Part shown: in pieces, positions 33,744-44,131 of the stretch
Numbering within the stretch: the first letter of the stretch is position 1
Layout of the letters: each line of letters starts with the position of its first letter
DNA from: Mosigvirus mar005p1
Sequence record: OZ035759.1
Strand: one strand, 5' to 3'
Length of the DNA: 64,000 nucleotides
Notes under the pieces: generated by a model
Told to the model about the DNA's origin: nothing
The model's input: only the letters and a program-made list of their open reading frames with translations
Databases searched by the model: none
Position numbers and translations under genes: made by a program

Positions 33744-34248
33744 CAATCATTTTAACAGTTGGCAAAACGATTTCTTCTTCAATATAAGCAAATTCAACAC
33801 GTTCAACTACACGCAAGAAATCATAATCATAATATTCAGAAGCATGTCCAAGAATATCAATGAGACCTTCTGATACTAAATATCCATTCTCACGGAACAG
33901 GTCGAATACACGCGATTCGTCTTCTTCAGATTTATTACCAAGGTCGACTTCAATATCAAAGACCTTTTTAATAAATTCCGGTTGGAGTTGGTCTGAGAAC
34001 AGTCCTTCAACCAAGTATTCATAGATTAAAAGCGAACAATCACTGAATAGTGTATTACCACAGTAACGTTCAGCTTTAGTGCTGGAATGACGGCTCTTAA
34101 ATTTCTTCAAAAGATATTTAAACTGTTGGAGCTCATGCTCTTCTACACCAAACAACGTTTTAGTTTTATAGTTGTCGCCGTCATTTTCCCAAGTAGTGAC
34201 ATCAATTACGTAACCCTTAGGAATTGTACTGCCTAAACAAATATTCAT
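33733..34248 (-). CDS. hypothetical acidic protein (171 aa)
   Basis: ORF with ATG. Confidence 0.55.
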   Translation of the reverse strand: MNICLGSTIPKGYVIDVTTWENDGDNYKTKTLFGVEEHELQQFKYLLKKFKSRHSSTKAERYCGNTLFSDCSLLIYEYLVEGLFSDQLQPEFIKKVFDIEVDLGNKSEEDESRVFDLFRENGYLVSEGLIDILGHASEYYDYDFLRVVERVEFAYIEEEIVLPTVKMIDLL

Positions 34249-34252
34249 TTAC

Positions 34253-34543
34253 TCACCGTACCATATTAATGTAATTATATTCAATGCAACGTAATTTCAA
34301 AGGATTCTTGAAAATATCATATTCAAGAGGACCTTTTTCTGTTTCAATAAAGAAATCAAAGTTCACACTATTAAATTTGTGGTCTTCCCAAAGTAATTTA
34401 ACCTGTGAAGATGAACGGTCGACGTAAACCTTTTCAACTTCAAAGTGGGTCAAAATACCATAGTAATCGACTAGTGCTTTAGCTGCAGCTCGGTCGCTTT
34501 CATATCCATTCTCAACGGATTTTACCTTAGCATAAAGAATCAT
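34253..34543 (-). CDS. hypothetical protein (96 aa)
   Basis: ORF with ATG. Confidence 0.5.
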   Translation of the reverse strand: MILYAKVKSVENGYESDRAAAKALVDYYGILTHFEVEKVYVDRSSSQVKLLWEDHKFNSVNFDFFIETEKGPLEYDIFKNPLKLRCIEYNYINMVR

Positions 34544-34902
34544 GAATGTTCCACCATTTCAAAGGTATGAGCATCAACAATATGATACCAGTCAAAATTT
34601 TCTTCTGCGTTTTTATAAATTTCGCGAAGAGCCTCAACAGTTTTTCCTGTAGCAACAAGGTCGTCAATACCACCAAGAGGATAACAGTCATAACCAGCAA
34701 ACAGAAGGAAATTAATAGTTTCTGTAGGTTCTGGATGCAGTGTACCATTGTCATCGACTACTTCAAAGAACATATAACCAGGCGATTTAGATTTAATCCA
34801 AGCCCATGCTTGAGCTGCTGAATCAAATGGTTTGCGTATCAAACGACAATCAGGGTCTTTAGAAGGATTTGCTTCAAAATCCGCATATACGTGATATTTC
34901 AT
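34540..34902 (-). CDS. hypothetical protein (120 aa)
   Basis: ATG at 34900-34902 (MKYHVYADF) with AAGGTGAG SD. Confidence 0.5.
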   Translation of the reverse strand: MKYHVYADFEANPSKDPDCRLIRKPFDSAAQAWAWIKSKSPGYMFFEVVDDNGTLHPEPTETINFLLFAGYDCYPLGGIDDLVATGKTVEALREIYKNAEENFDWYHIVDAHTFEMVEHS

Positions 34903-34903
34903 T

Positions 34904-35110
34904 TTACTCACCTTTTGCAATTTTATCCATAACAATAGCGATTAAACCGATTAGAAATGCTACTACCAATGAGATAGAGTTTTCAGTTGTTGTCAGTAGT
35001 CCACAAATGAATCCTACAAACATCGAAAAACTAAAAGCCATTGAAGCAATTACTACAGCAACATTACGAATCAGTTCAGCGCGTTTCATTTTATTTCTCC
35101 ATTTACTCAT
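34904..35110 (-). CDS. small membrane protein (68 aa)
   Basis: Two hydrophobic helices; own early promoter at 35121-35157. Confidence 0.45.
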   Translation of the reverse strand: MSKWRNKMKRAELIRNVAVVIASMAFSFSMFVGFICGLLTTTENSISLVVAFLIGLIAIVMDKIAKGE

Positions 35111-35120
35111 TTTGTTTTGA

Positions 35121-35157
35121 TAGGACTACTATAACATAGTCCTATCAGCATGTAAAC
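35121..35157 (-). promoter_or_regulatory. early promoter with TAGGACTA palindrome (copy 4)
   Basis: Same module upstream of the 34904-35110 gene. Confidence 0.6.
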
Positions 35158-35160
35158 TAC

Positions 35161-35448
35161 TTACAGAAGAGTTTTTGCAATAATTTTAAGCTGAGCTACA
35201 GAAATATGCTTAGCTTTAAACAGTGCAGTCTCTTCAGCGGGAGAGATAACAATAGTAGCGCCATCTTTCTTAGCGGACCACCCGTCTCCTAAGTAAACAG
35301 TACCTTTTACTTCTTCGCCGTCAACCAGACTAATCATTGGTTTACCCTCACGTCCTTTATTTGCTTTAATAACTTCGGAAGTAAGGGTTGCTTCGGTCAG
35401 AGTAGAAACGTTAGCAACAGGTGATATAAATTCTTTATAGGTTTTCAT
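35161..35448 (-). CDS. ipI: internal protein I-like (capsid-targeted)
   Basis: 95 aa; N-terminal MKTYKEFISP; directly upstream of 57B as T4 ipI. Confidence 0.7.
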   Translation of the reverse strand: MKTYKEFISPVANVSTLTEATLTSEVIKANKGREGKPMISLVDGEEVKGTVYLGDGWSAKKDGATIVISPAEETALFKAKHISVAQLKIIAKTLL

Positions 35449-35525
35449 TTTATTTCCTTGAGGTTGTTTATTTGATAGGATGATAGTATCACACCATCAT
35501 CCTTATGTAAACTGTTTTGTGAAAA

Positions 35526-36211
<686 letters not shown>

Positions 36212-36215
36212 TTTA

Positions 36216-36950
36216 TTACCTTAAGATTGTTTCAATTTTAGAATAAAGCTCTTCTAAAGAGCCGTCGTTTGTAATAACTAAATCGCCTTCTTCAATAGGC
36301 AACCCAGCTTCTGTAATATGTTTATCGGTGGATTCCGTACCAGAGCGAACCACATGAATAACTGTAGCACCCATCGCTCTAGCGGTTTCCATTTCATGGA
36401 CTTGACGTGTATCGGTTACGACATAGTAATCGAAATCACTTCCAATATAATCCATATAGTTTAATGCAAAAAGTTTAACCCAATACATACGGTCAAATAA
36501 ATTAACGACAACATCCGTACCGAGGGCTTGCATAAGACGGCGGATTGACCATGTGTCGTTGATATTATTTATAGCTTCACGCAGGGCTTCATATGGTTTA
36601 ATATCTAGATACGAATATCCACCTTCTAACGATGATAATACTTTAACATTATTAATTGGTAAATATTGACTTTGCAAATAAATTAGCGCTTCTTCCAATA
36701 ATTCAATAACATCCAACTTATTGAGATTTAATGGTGTTTCACGGTCATATCCGACACCTTCAAAGTATTCGTATTTCAACTCTGTGAATACATCAGGGTT
36801 TTCAGCATGCCTACGTCCCCAGGCTATTGCTAGAGCGTCTTTAATCGGATATGCCAATTGGTATTTTACGGACTTAAAGTTTGAATTGATGTAATCAGCA
36901 GTAGTGTCTTTACCGCTACGTTTGATGCCACTTAAAAAGATTAGCTCCAT
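36216..36950 (-). CDS. 1: deoxynucleoside monophosphate kinase
   Basis: 244 aa; P-loop LSGIKRSGKDT; matches recalled T4 gp1 N-terminus. Confidence 0.9.
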   Translation of the reverse strand: MELIFLSGIKRSGKDTTADYINSNFKSVKYQLAYPIKDALAIAWGRRHAENPDVFTELKYEYFEGVGYDRETPLNLNKLDVIELLEEALIYLQSQYLPINNVKVLSSLEGGYSYLDIKPYEALREAINNINDTWSIRRLMQALGTDVVVNLFDRMYWVKLFALNYMDYIGSDFDYYVVTDTRQVHEMETARAMGATVIHVVRSGTESTDKHITEAGLPIEEGDLVITNDGSLEELYSKIETILR

Positions 36951-37003
36951 AGGTTTTCCTCATATAATTTATGAGTGATTATAACATACGGAGCTAGAAG
37001 CGA

Positions 37004-37588
37004 TTAACGCAAGGAAGGGTGTCTAGAAATGGATTTAGATTCGACCGCTTGACGTGGTTGTTGAGATACAATGACTTCGCCGTCTTTTTCTATCGTCATA
37101 TACGCGTAGTGAATAGTTGCTACGCACGTAACGGCAGGATCAGAATCTTCAGTGTAACTAAATTCAATTTCGCTCAGATCGGAAATCCATGGTTTATAGA
37201 AATTCGCCGTCAAAACTACTTCAGTCTTATTGTTGTTTAAAATGTGCAAAGTAACAAACTCAGGACCATCGGAGTGTGCCGTATTATGTCCGGTTATATA
37301 GTTATTAGTGCTGAGCATCCATTTATACATGTTCATCCAGGACGTCATGTCTTCATCAACTATAAATCGTACAATAAAAGGGTCATATTCAAATGTGGTG
37401 CCTGCACGCATTGCACGCCCTAGCCCCATTGTGCCTGTCACCGTTTCAACAACAGGAATTCTCACACCTGGCAGTGGAGCCGTTTGGGCATTGAGCACAA
37501 AACCTGAAGTTCGTGTACTATCCGGGATATCCACAACAAAGTTTGTTATATTTGTTTGGTTAAAAATCTGTCTCGTTGGACGAGTCAT
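37004..37588 (-). CDS. 3: gp3 tail tube terminator / sheath stabiliser
   Basis: ATG at 37586-37588 with GAGGTG SD; assigned by T4 order 1-3-2-4. Confidence 0.75.
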   Translation of the reverse strand: MTRPTRQIFNQTNITNFVVDIPDSTRTSGFVLNAQTAPLPGVRIPVVETVTGTMGLGRAMRAGTTFEYDPFIVRFIVDEDMTSWMNMYKWMLSTNNYITGHNTAHSDGPEFVTLHILNNNKTEVVLTANFYKPWISDLSEIEFSYTEDSDPAVTCVATIHYAYMTIEKDGEVIVSQQPRQAVESKSISRHPSLR

Positions 37589-37690
37589 AAGCACCTCAAA
37601 AACGCTTTAATAAAAATGCAGTATAATGGTTTTAGGTCTCTTCCATTAATCTGGTTCAACAGAATATCAGAAGAACGGAAGAGAATAGAA

Positions 37691-38512
37691 TTAAGATTTC
37701 CAAACAGTATTCGCAGAGAAACGTTTTCCTTTTGACATAAACTGCTGAGTAGGTAACATGATTATGTTAGCCCAGTCTTTAGGAGCTATTTCTGTTATTG
37801 TTCCTCTAATGTGACCTGGCAAGTATGCTTTAATCATTTTGTCAGCACCTTGAAATCCTTTCACCTTGCTCCAGTCTATCTTCAACTTTGTGTTATTAGT
37901 AATAGTAGTTGTGCTAGCATATTGCTTCAGCAATTCTTCAAGAAACTGTTGACGTGCTTTAGGCGGGATATAGTGCAAGTTTAACCCATACATCAAATTA
38001 TGTTTACCTAATCCTAAATAAATAATCAAAGGATATCGGTCCCAGTATGGCAGAGTATCTTTATGTTTAGCATCATACACGTAAGTATAAATTTTGCCTG
38101 GCGTAGGCTTGACTACTTTATGACCTTTTACACTTTTCTTAATTGTTTCAGCAAACCACTTAGATGATTTGTTGTTTACTGCTGCGCCTTCATTTCTAAT
38201 CTTTTCTCGTATTGAACTGCGAAACGAGTTTATCATCAGAAGTTGACGTTCTTGCTTATTGAGTTTATTTTTAGGTTTAGATTCAAGCGTTTCAATTTTC
38301 TGTGCAGTCTTAATAGATGATGCATATCTAGACATTGCAGATGTAAACGACGAGTATTTTATTCCTTTTGATTCTGCAAATGCTTTTGCAGTGATTCCTT
38401 TCTCTTTAGCTTTCTTGTATTCTAATCCTATCTCAATCCATTTTCTTTCATTCATAGACTGAGCAATCTTAGGGGCTTGTACGCCTTCAGATATAATTTG
38501 GAATATGCTCAT
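37691..38512 (-). CDS. 2: gp2 DNA end-protector protein
   Basis: 273 aa basic protein; assigned by T4 order and size. Confidence 0.75.
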   Translation of the reverse strand: MSIFQIISEGVQAPKIAQSMNERKWIEIGLEYKKAKEKGITAKAFAESKGIKYSSFTSAMSRYASSIKTAQKIETLESKPKNKLNKQERQLLMINSFRSSIREKIRNEGAAVNNKSSKWFAETIKKSVKGHKVVKPTPGKIYTYVYDAKHKDTLPYWDRYPLIIYLGLGKHNLMYGLNLHYIPPKARQQFLEELLKQYASTTTITNNTKLKIDWSKVKGFQGADKMIKAYLPGHIRGTITEIAPKDWANIIMLPTQQFMSKGKRFSANTVWKS

Positions 38513-38514
38513 GA

Positions 38515-38964
38515 TTACCCCTTGTATCCGAGTTTTCTAAGACCATCTTCGGTTAGAACTCGAAATTTTATATTTCTCTTTTCAGCAACAGCTGAGGCAG
38601 CTTTCCATTTGTCACAGTTCACAGACCAGGTGTAGATTTCATTCATATAACGTTTCTTTGCTGCAGTTGTAAGATTCACCGGTTTAATAGGTGGCTGAGT
38701 TTCTTTCTTTGGTTTTATTTCTACAAAAAACTCTTGACCTGATGCATCTTTCATCCATATGTCCATATAGTATCGACGTTTCTTACCTTCTGCGTTACAG
38801 AAATATGGAATTACTGCCGTTTCGCTGCCCCATGCAATAATTTCTGGATTTTTATCTAACCATTCGAAAAAGAATTTTTCCCAGTTTGAACGATACGTTA
38901 TTTTGGTATGGTCTCCACGGTATTTTTTTAAATTTTTTGGGACCCATTTACCAGAGTAGGCCAT
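38515..38964 (-). CDS. 4: gp4 head completion protein
   Basis: 149 aa; late TATAAATA on minus strand upstream; T4 order. Confidence 0.8.
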   Translation of the reverse strand: MAYSGKWVPKNLKKYRGDHTKITYRSNWEKFFFEWLDKNPEIIAWGSETAVIPYFCNAEGKKRRYYMDIWMKDASGQEFFVEIKPKKETQPPIKPVNLTTAAKKRYMNEIYTWSVNCDKWKAASAVAEKRNIKFRVLTEDGLRKLGYKG

Positions 38965-38975
38965 GTTGTCCTCCT

Positions 38976-38983
38976 TATAAATA
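38976..38983 (+). promoter_or_regulatory. late promoter (TATAAATA) for gene 53
   Basis: Exact consensus on plus strand about 43 nt upstream of the gene 53 start. Confidence 0.5.
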
Positions 38984-38990
38984 GTATTAT

Positions 38991-38998
38991 TATTTATA
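38991..38998 (-). promoter_or_regulatory. late promoter (TATAAATA) for genes 4-2-3
   Basis: Exact consensus on minus strand about 27 nt upstream of the gene 4 ATG; divergent with the gene 53 promoter. Confidence 0.55.
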
Positions 38999-39025
38999 CC
39001 AATTTCATATTGGAAGGAGACTATC

Positions 39026-39601
39026 TTGTTATTTACATTCTTCGACCCAATAGGATATAGTGCTAAAACAGTTAATAAGAATGCACCTACTATTCCTATG
39101 ACAGATATATTTCGTAACTATAAAGAGTACTTTAAGCGTGTGGCTGCCAATTATAGATTACGTTCTTATTATATTAAAGGCTCTCCACGTCCTGAAGAAC
39201 TAGCTAATATCATTTATGGTAACCCGCAATTATACTGGGTTCTTTTGATGTGCAACGATAACTACGACCCGTATTATGGCTGGATTACATCTCAGGAAGC
39301 AGCGTATCAAGCTTCTATTCAGAAATATGCTAATGCCGGTGGAGACCAAATTCTTTACCATATTAACGAGAACCGTGAGAAATTTTACAATTTAGTTTCA
39401 TATCCAGACGAGCCTTTAGTGTGGTACGATAAAGGTGATGAAGCTCGTAAGTATCCGCAATATAAAGGACCTTTAGCTGCAGTAGATACTTATGAAGCGG
39501 CAGTATTAGATAATGAAAAACTTCGTAAAATAAAAATTGTTGCAAAAGAAGATATAAACTCGTTTATTACTGATTTGATTCGTGAGATGGAGATTGCATA
39601 A
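39026..39601 (+). CDS. 53: gp53 baseplate wedge protein
   Basis: 191 aa; TTG start 5 nt after GGAAGGAGA SD; strong match to recalled T4 gp53 (MLFTFFDPI.Y.AKTVNKNAPTIPMTDIFRNYK). Confidence 0.85.
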   Translation: MLFTFFDPIGYSAKTVNKNAPTIPMTDIFRNYKEYFKRVAANYRLRSYYIKGSPRPEELANIIYGNPQLYWVLLMCNDNYDPYYGWITSQEAAYQASIQKYANAGGDQILYHINENREKFYNLVSYPDEPLVWYDKGDEARKYPQYKGPLAAVDTYEAAVLDNEKLRKIKIVAKEDINSFITDLIREMEIA

Positions 39602-41334
39602 TGGAAATGATTAGCAGTAGCCTTAATTGGTTCGTGGGTGTTGTCGAGGACAGAATGGACCCATTAAAACAAGGGCGAGTTCGAGTGAGAGTAGTTGGGC
39701 TTCATCCCGCACAGAGAGTACAAGGCGATGTGCAGGGTATTCCTACAGAAAAACTTCCATGGATGACTGTTATTCAACCTATTACGTCTGCATCAATGTC
39801 AGGTATTGGTGGTTCTGTTACAGGTCCTGTTGAAGGAACTCGAGTATATGGTCATTTCTTAGACAAATGGAAAACAAACGGGATTGTACTTGGTACATAC
39901 GGCGGAATCGTACGTGAAAAGCCTAATAGACTTGAAGGTTTTTCAGACCCTACAGGACAGTATCCGCGACGTTTAGGTAATGATACGAACGTATTAAACC
40001 AAGGTGGTGAAGCCGGTTATTATTCAAACTCTAACGTAATTCAAGATAACAACTTGGATTATGGTATAAACCCAGATGATACAGATTTAGCAAATATTCC
40101 AGAAGATGACGACCCTAATTTTACAATAACAGAAATGTTACGTCGTGACGAAGGTCTTCGTGATAAAGTGTATTGGGACCATCTCGGATATCCTACCGTA
40201 GGTATTGGACACCTTATCGTAATGGAAAAGACCCGAGATATGTCTCGAATTAATAAATTGCTATCTGATCAAGTAGGGCGTGAAGTAACAGGAAATCCGG
40301 GAACTATTACATTAGAAGAAGCAACAGCATTATTTGAGAAAGACCTTGCTAAAATGCAGAAAGACATTCGTTCTAATTCTAAAGTAGGTCCTGTTTATGC
40401 TAAAATGAACAGGTCTCGTCAAATGGCATTAGAAAACATGTGCTTCCAAATGGGCGTTGGTGGTGTAGCAAAATTCAATACTATGCTTAAAGCAATGGCC
40501 ACAGGTGATTGGAAAACCGCATACAAATCTGGACGCGATTCGTTATGGTTCCAACAGACTAAAGGGCGTGCTTCACGTGTAACAACAATTATTTTAACTG
40601 GTAACATGGAATCATATGGCGTTCCTGTTAAAACACCACCTTCACCAGGAGTTGGTGCTGATTTAGTTACTAGAAATACCGATCCAGAAGACCCGGCTGG
40701 TCCTCCTGTTCCATTAGATTCACGCATCCTTTTTAAAGAACCGGAATCAAGTTATCGTGGTGAGTATCCATACGTTCATGCTATGGAAACAGAAAGTGGT
40801 CATATCCAAGAATTTGACGATACTCCAGGTAATGAACGTTATCGCTTAGTTCATCCAACAGGGTCATATGAGGAAGTTTCTCCGTCTGGACGTCGTACTC
40901 GTAAAACTGTAGAAGACCTTTTTGACATCACTAATGGCGATGGGAACTTCTTGATTTCTGGCGATAAGCTTGTTAACGTTGGTGCTAATGAAATATATTA
41001 TAACATGGCAGACCGCCTCCATCAAATAGACGGCAATGACACAATCTTTATTCGTGGTAACCAAGCTAAAACTGTTGAAGGCGATGGAACTCTTTACGTT
41101 AAGGGTAATATCAAAATAGTTGTTGACGGAAATGCAGATATTCTTGTTAAAGGCGATGCTAAAACTCAGGTCGAAGGGAATCATGATTACACCGTCAACG
41201 GAAACGTTAAATGGACTGTTAATGGTAATGTTGATATGACTGTTGCCGGGGATTGGGCAGAAACAATGTCTACAATGAGCTCAGTAGCTTCAGGACAATA
41301 CACTGTTGACGGATCTCGTATTGATATTGGGTAA
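39601..41334 (+). CDS. 5: gp5 baseplate hub / tail lysozyme / central spike
   Basis: 577 aa; N-terminal OB domain, lysozyme domain (DEGLRDKVYWDHLGYPTVGIGH), C-terminal beta-helix VxGN repeats. Confidence 0.95.
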   Translation: MEMISSSLNWFVGVVEDRMDPLKQGRVRVRVVGLHPAQRVQGDVQGIPTEKLPWMTVIQPITSASMSGIGGSVTGPVEGTRVYGHFLDKWKTNGIVLGTYGGIVREKPNRLEGFSDPTGQYPRRLGNDTNVLNQGGEAGYYSNSNVIQDNNLDYGINPDDTDLANIPEDDDPNFTITEMLRRDEGLRDKVYWDHLGYPTVGIGHLIVMEKTRDMSRINKLLSDQVGREVTGNPGTITLEEATALFEKDLAKMQKDIRSNSKVGPVYAKMNRSRQMALENMCFQMGVGGVAKFNTMLKAMATGDWKTAYKSGRDSLWFQQTKGRASRVTTIILTGNMESYGVPVKTPPSPGVGADLVTRNTDPEDPAGPPVPLDSRILFKEPESSYRGEYPYVHAMETESGHIQEFDDTPGNERYRLVHPTGSYEEVSPSGRRTRKTVEDLFDITNGDGNFLISGDKLVNVGANEIYYNMADRLHQIDGNDTIFIRGNQAKTVEGDGTLYVKGNIKIVVDGNADILVKGDAKTQVEGNHDYTVNGNVKWTVNGNVDMTVAGDWAETMSTMSSVASGQYTVDGSRIDIG

Positions 41335-41337
41335 TAT

Positions 41338-41853
41338 ATGGCACAAATACTTCCTTTAAATACCGACTTAGGAGAAGACATGGAAGGGGCGTCTATTGAC
41401 GTCCTTTTTACTCCACAGTTAGAAACAACCGAAACTTTAGTGTCAATAAATATAACAGATTATGAACCGACACAAGGCATTACGGTAGATGGTAATCGTT
41501 TATATGGAACATATGAAAGTGTGTTTAGCTTTTCTTCGGATGCATTGAAATACCGATTAAATGATGATTTTGAAACCGCATCTTCATGGGATGATTTACC
41601 AAAAGATGAATCCACACAGTTATATTTGTGGAGAGCTCCTCAGAATCTTCGTAAAGTGTTTAGTTATACGGTTGAAATGATTTATAACTACCAAGAAGAA
41701 AGTTCATCAGGAGGTTCTAGAAGTGACTCTGGTACAGAACCTCCACCGGCTCCAGTACAAAAAACTCTTACTAAAGTTTATACAAAAACTATAGTAGGAA
41801 ATTGGAGCAAATGGGCTCATCAATTACGAAACTATGTTTATGAGAGGCCGTGA
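41338..41853 (+). CDS. 5.1: gp5.1-position protein (171 aa)
   Basis: ORF directly after gene 5; assignment by position only. Confidence 0.6.
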   Translation: MAQILPLNTDLGEDMEGASIDVLFTPQLETTETLVSINITDYEPTQGITVDGNRLYGTYESVFSFSSDALKYRLNDDFETASSWDDLPKDESTQLYLWRAPQNLRKVFSYTVEMIYNYQEESSSGGSRSDSGTEPPPAPVQKTLTKVYTKTIVGNWSKWAHQLRNYVYERP

Positions 41854-41854
41854 A

Positions 41855-42149
41855 AATGTCTGGCTTAAGTTACGACAAGTGCGTTACAACAGGTCATGAA
41901 GCATGGCCTCCTACTGTAATAAATGCTTCCCAATCTAAAGTGTTCACCGGCGGTATTCCTGTTCTTGTGGCAGGAGACCAAATAACACCTCATACAGAAA
42001 TTAAAAAACCATACGAGACTCATGGAGGTGTTACTGAACCTCGTACATCTAAAGTATACGTCACCGGTAAAAAGGCCGTTCAAATGGCTGACCCAATTTC
42101 ATGCGGGGATACTGTTTCTCAGGCCTCGTCAAAAGTCTTTATAAAATAG
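41855..42149 (+). CDS. 5.4: gp5.4-like PAAR-repeat spike tip protein
   Basis: 98 aa from ATG at 41855; small Cys/Gly-containing protein between 5.1 and 6. Confidence 0.75.
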
Positions 42150-42157
42150 GAATTAAA

Positions 42158-44131
42158 ATGGCAAACACTCCTGTAAATTATCAGTTAGTCAGAACAGCGA
42201 ATGCTATTCCCGAGATTTTTATCGGGGGCACATTTGCCGAAATCAAACAGAACATTATCGAATGGCTCAATGGGCAGAATGAATTTCTTGATTATGATTT
42301 TGAAGGTTCACGCTTAAACGTATTGTGCGACCTTTTAGCATATAACACTCTTTACATCCAACAGTTCAGTAATAGTGCAGTGTATGAAAGTTTTATGCGT
42401 ACTGCAAACTTGCGTAGTTCTGTTGTACAAGCGGCTCAAGATAACGGATATCTGCCTTCATCTAAATCAGCAGCGCAAACAGAAATTATGCTCACATGTA
42501 CGGATGCATTAAATAGAAACTATATCACCATTCCACGCGGCACTCGTTTCTTAGCATACGCTAAAGATACTTCTGTTAACCCGTATAACTTTGTTTCCAC
42601 TGAAGATGTCATTGTAGTTAAAGACAAAAATAACCAATATTTTCCACGTCTTCGATTAGCTCAAGGACGTATTGTTCGCACTGAATTAACATTTGATAAA
42701 TTAAAACCTATCATTATTCGTGATAAGAATATTGACCGTAATTTGGTTAAGTTGTATGTTGACGGAGCAGAATGGATTAACTGGACTCGTAAGTCGATGG
42801 TTCATGCTGGTTCTACGTCAACAATCTATTATATGCGTGAAACAGTTGATGGGAACACAGAATTTTATTTTGGTGAAGGCGAAATCTCTATTAACACATC
42901 AGAAGGTGCGTTAACATCTAACTATATTGGTGGTCTTAAACCTGTTCAGGGTTCTAAAATAGTAATTGAGTATATTTCTACTAATGGTGCAGATGCTAAC
43001 GGTGCTGTAGGATTTTCTTATGCTGATACATTAGCTAATATCACGGTAATCGATATTAATGAGAACCCTAGCAATAACCCAGACTTTGTCGGCGCCGACG
43101 GTGGCGGTGACCCTGAAGATATTGAACGTATTCGAGAATTAGGCACAATTAAACGCGAAACTCAACAACGTTGTGTAACCGCTTCCGACTATGACACATT
43201 CGTCTCTGAGCGGTTTGGTTCTATTATTCAAGCGGTTCAAACATTCACAGATTCATCTAAACCAGGGTACGCATATATTGCTGCTAAGCCTAAATCTGGA
43301 TTGTATTTGACTTCTGTCCAACGCGATGATATCAAAAACTATTTGAATGATTATAACTTAGGGACTATTACACCTGTTGTTATTTCGCCTGATTATTTGT
43401 TTATCAAAATGAATATCAAAGTTACATACGCGTTGAATAAACTCCAAGAATCAGAACAATATCTTGAAGGGCAAATTATTAATAAAATTGACCGATATTA
43501 TATTGAAGATGTAGAAATTTTTAACTCATCGTTTGCAAAATCTAAAATGCTAACTTATGTCGATGATGCAGATATTTCTATTATTGGTTCTTCAGCTACT
43601 ATTCAAATGGTTCGCGAAGTACAAAACTTCTATAAAACGCCTGAGGCCGGTATTAAATACAATAATCAGATTAAAGATAGATCGATGGAATCTAATATAT
43701 TCTCGTTTGATTCGCACAGACCTAATCCAGAAAATGCAAACGAAACTATTAAATATGGTGTTCGCATAGTATCTTCTGACCGTAATGACCGTGGCATAGG
43801 TCAAGTTATTATTGGTCCATTTGCAGACGGCGATGTTGTTGAAAACGAAAATATACAACCTTATACAGGTAATGATTTTAATAAACTTACTGTTACTGAC
43901 GGACGAAACAAATACTATTCAATTGGTGAAGTGAATTATCCTGTCGATTCGATTTATTGGAACATTGCTAAAATTGACCTCACTTCAGACCGTTTTGAAG
44001 TTCAAACAATTGAACTTTATTCCGACCCTGCAGATGATATTATTTTTACAAAGGATGGTTCTTTAATCGTATTCGAAAATGACTTACGTCCTCAGTACTT
44101 AACTATAGATTTGGAGCCTATTTCACAATGA
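42158..44131 (+). CDS. 6: gp6 baseplate wedge protein
   Basis: 657 aa from ATG at 42158 (MANTPVNYQLV) with AGGAA SD; T4 order/size. Confidence 0.9.
   Translation: MANTPVNYQLVRTANAIPEIFIGGTFAEIKQNIIEWLNGQNEFLDYDFEGSRLNVLCDLLAYNTLYIQQFSNSAVYESFMRTANLRSSVVQAAQDNGYLPSSKSAAQTEIMLTCTDALNRNYITIPRGTRFLAYAKDTSVNPYNFVSTEDVIVVKDKNNQYFPRLRLAQGRIVRTELTFDKLKPIIIRDKNIDRNLVKLYVDGAEWINWTRKSMVHAGSTSTIYYMRETVDGNTEFYFGEGEISINTSEGALTSNYIGGLKPVQGSKIVIEYISTNGADANGAVGFSYADTLANITVIDINENPSNNPDFVGADGGGDPEDIERIRELGTIKRETQQRCVTASDYDTFVSERFGSIIQAVQTFTDSSKPGYAYIAAKPKSGLYLTSVQRDDIKNYLNDYNLGTITPVVISPDYLFIKMNIKVTYALNKLQESEQYLEGQIINKIDRYYIEDVEIFNSSFAKSKMLTYVDDADISIIGSSATIQMVREVQNFYKTPEAGIKYNNQIKDRSMESNIFSFDSHRPNPENANETIKYGVRIVSSDRNDRGIGQVIIGPFADGDVVENENIQPYTGNDFNKLTVTDGRNKYYSIGEVNYPVDSIYWNIAKIDLTSDRFEVQTIELYSDPADDIIFTKDGSLIVFENDLRPQYLTIDLEPISQ

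Noticed and set aside
40419-40727. Minus-strand ORF inside gene 5
   Set aside because: Embedded antisense in a highly conserved structural gene; same reasoning for other antisense ORFs inside genes 6-20 (e.g. 43592-43858, 61660-62271).
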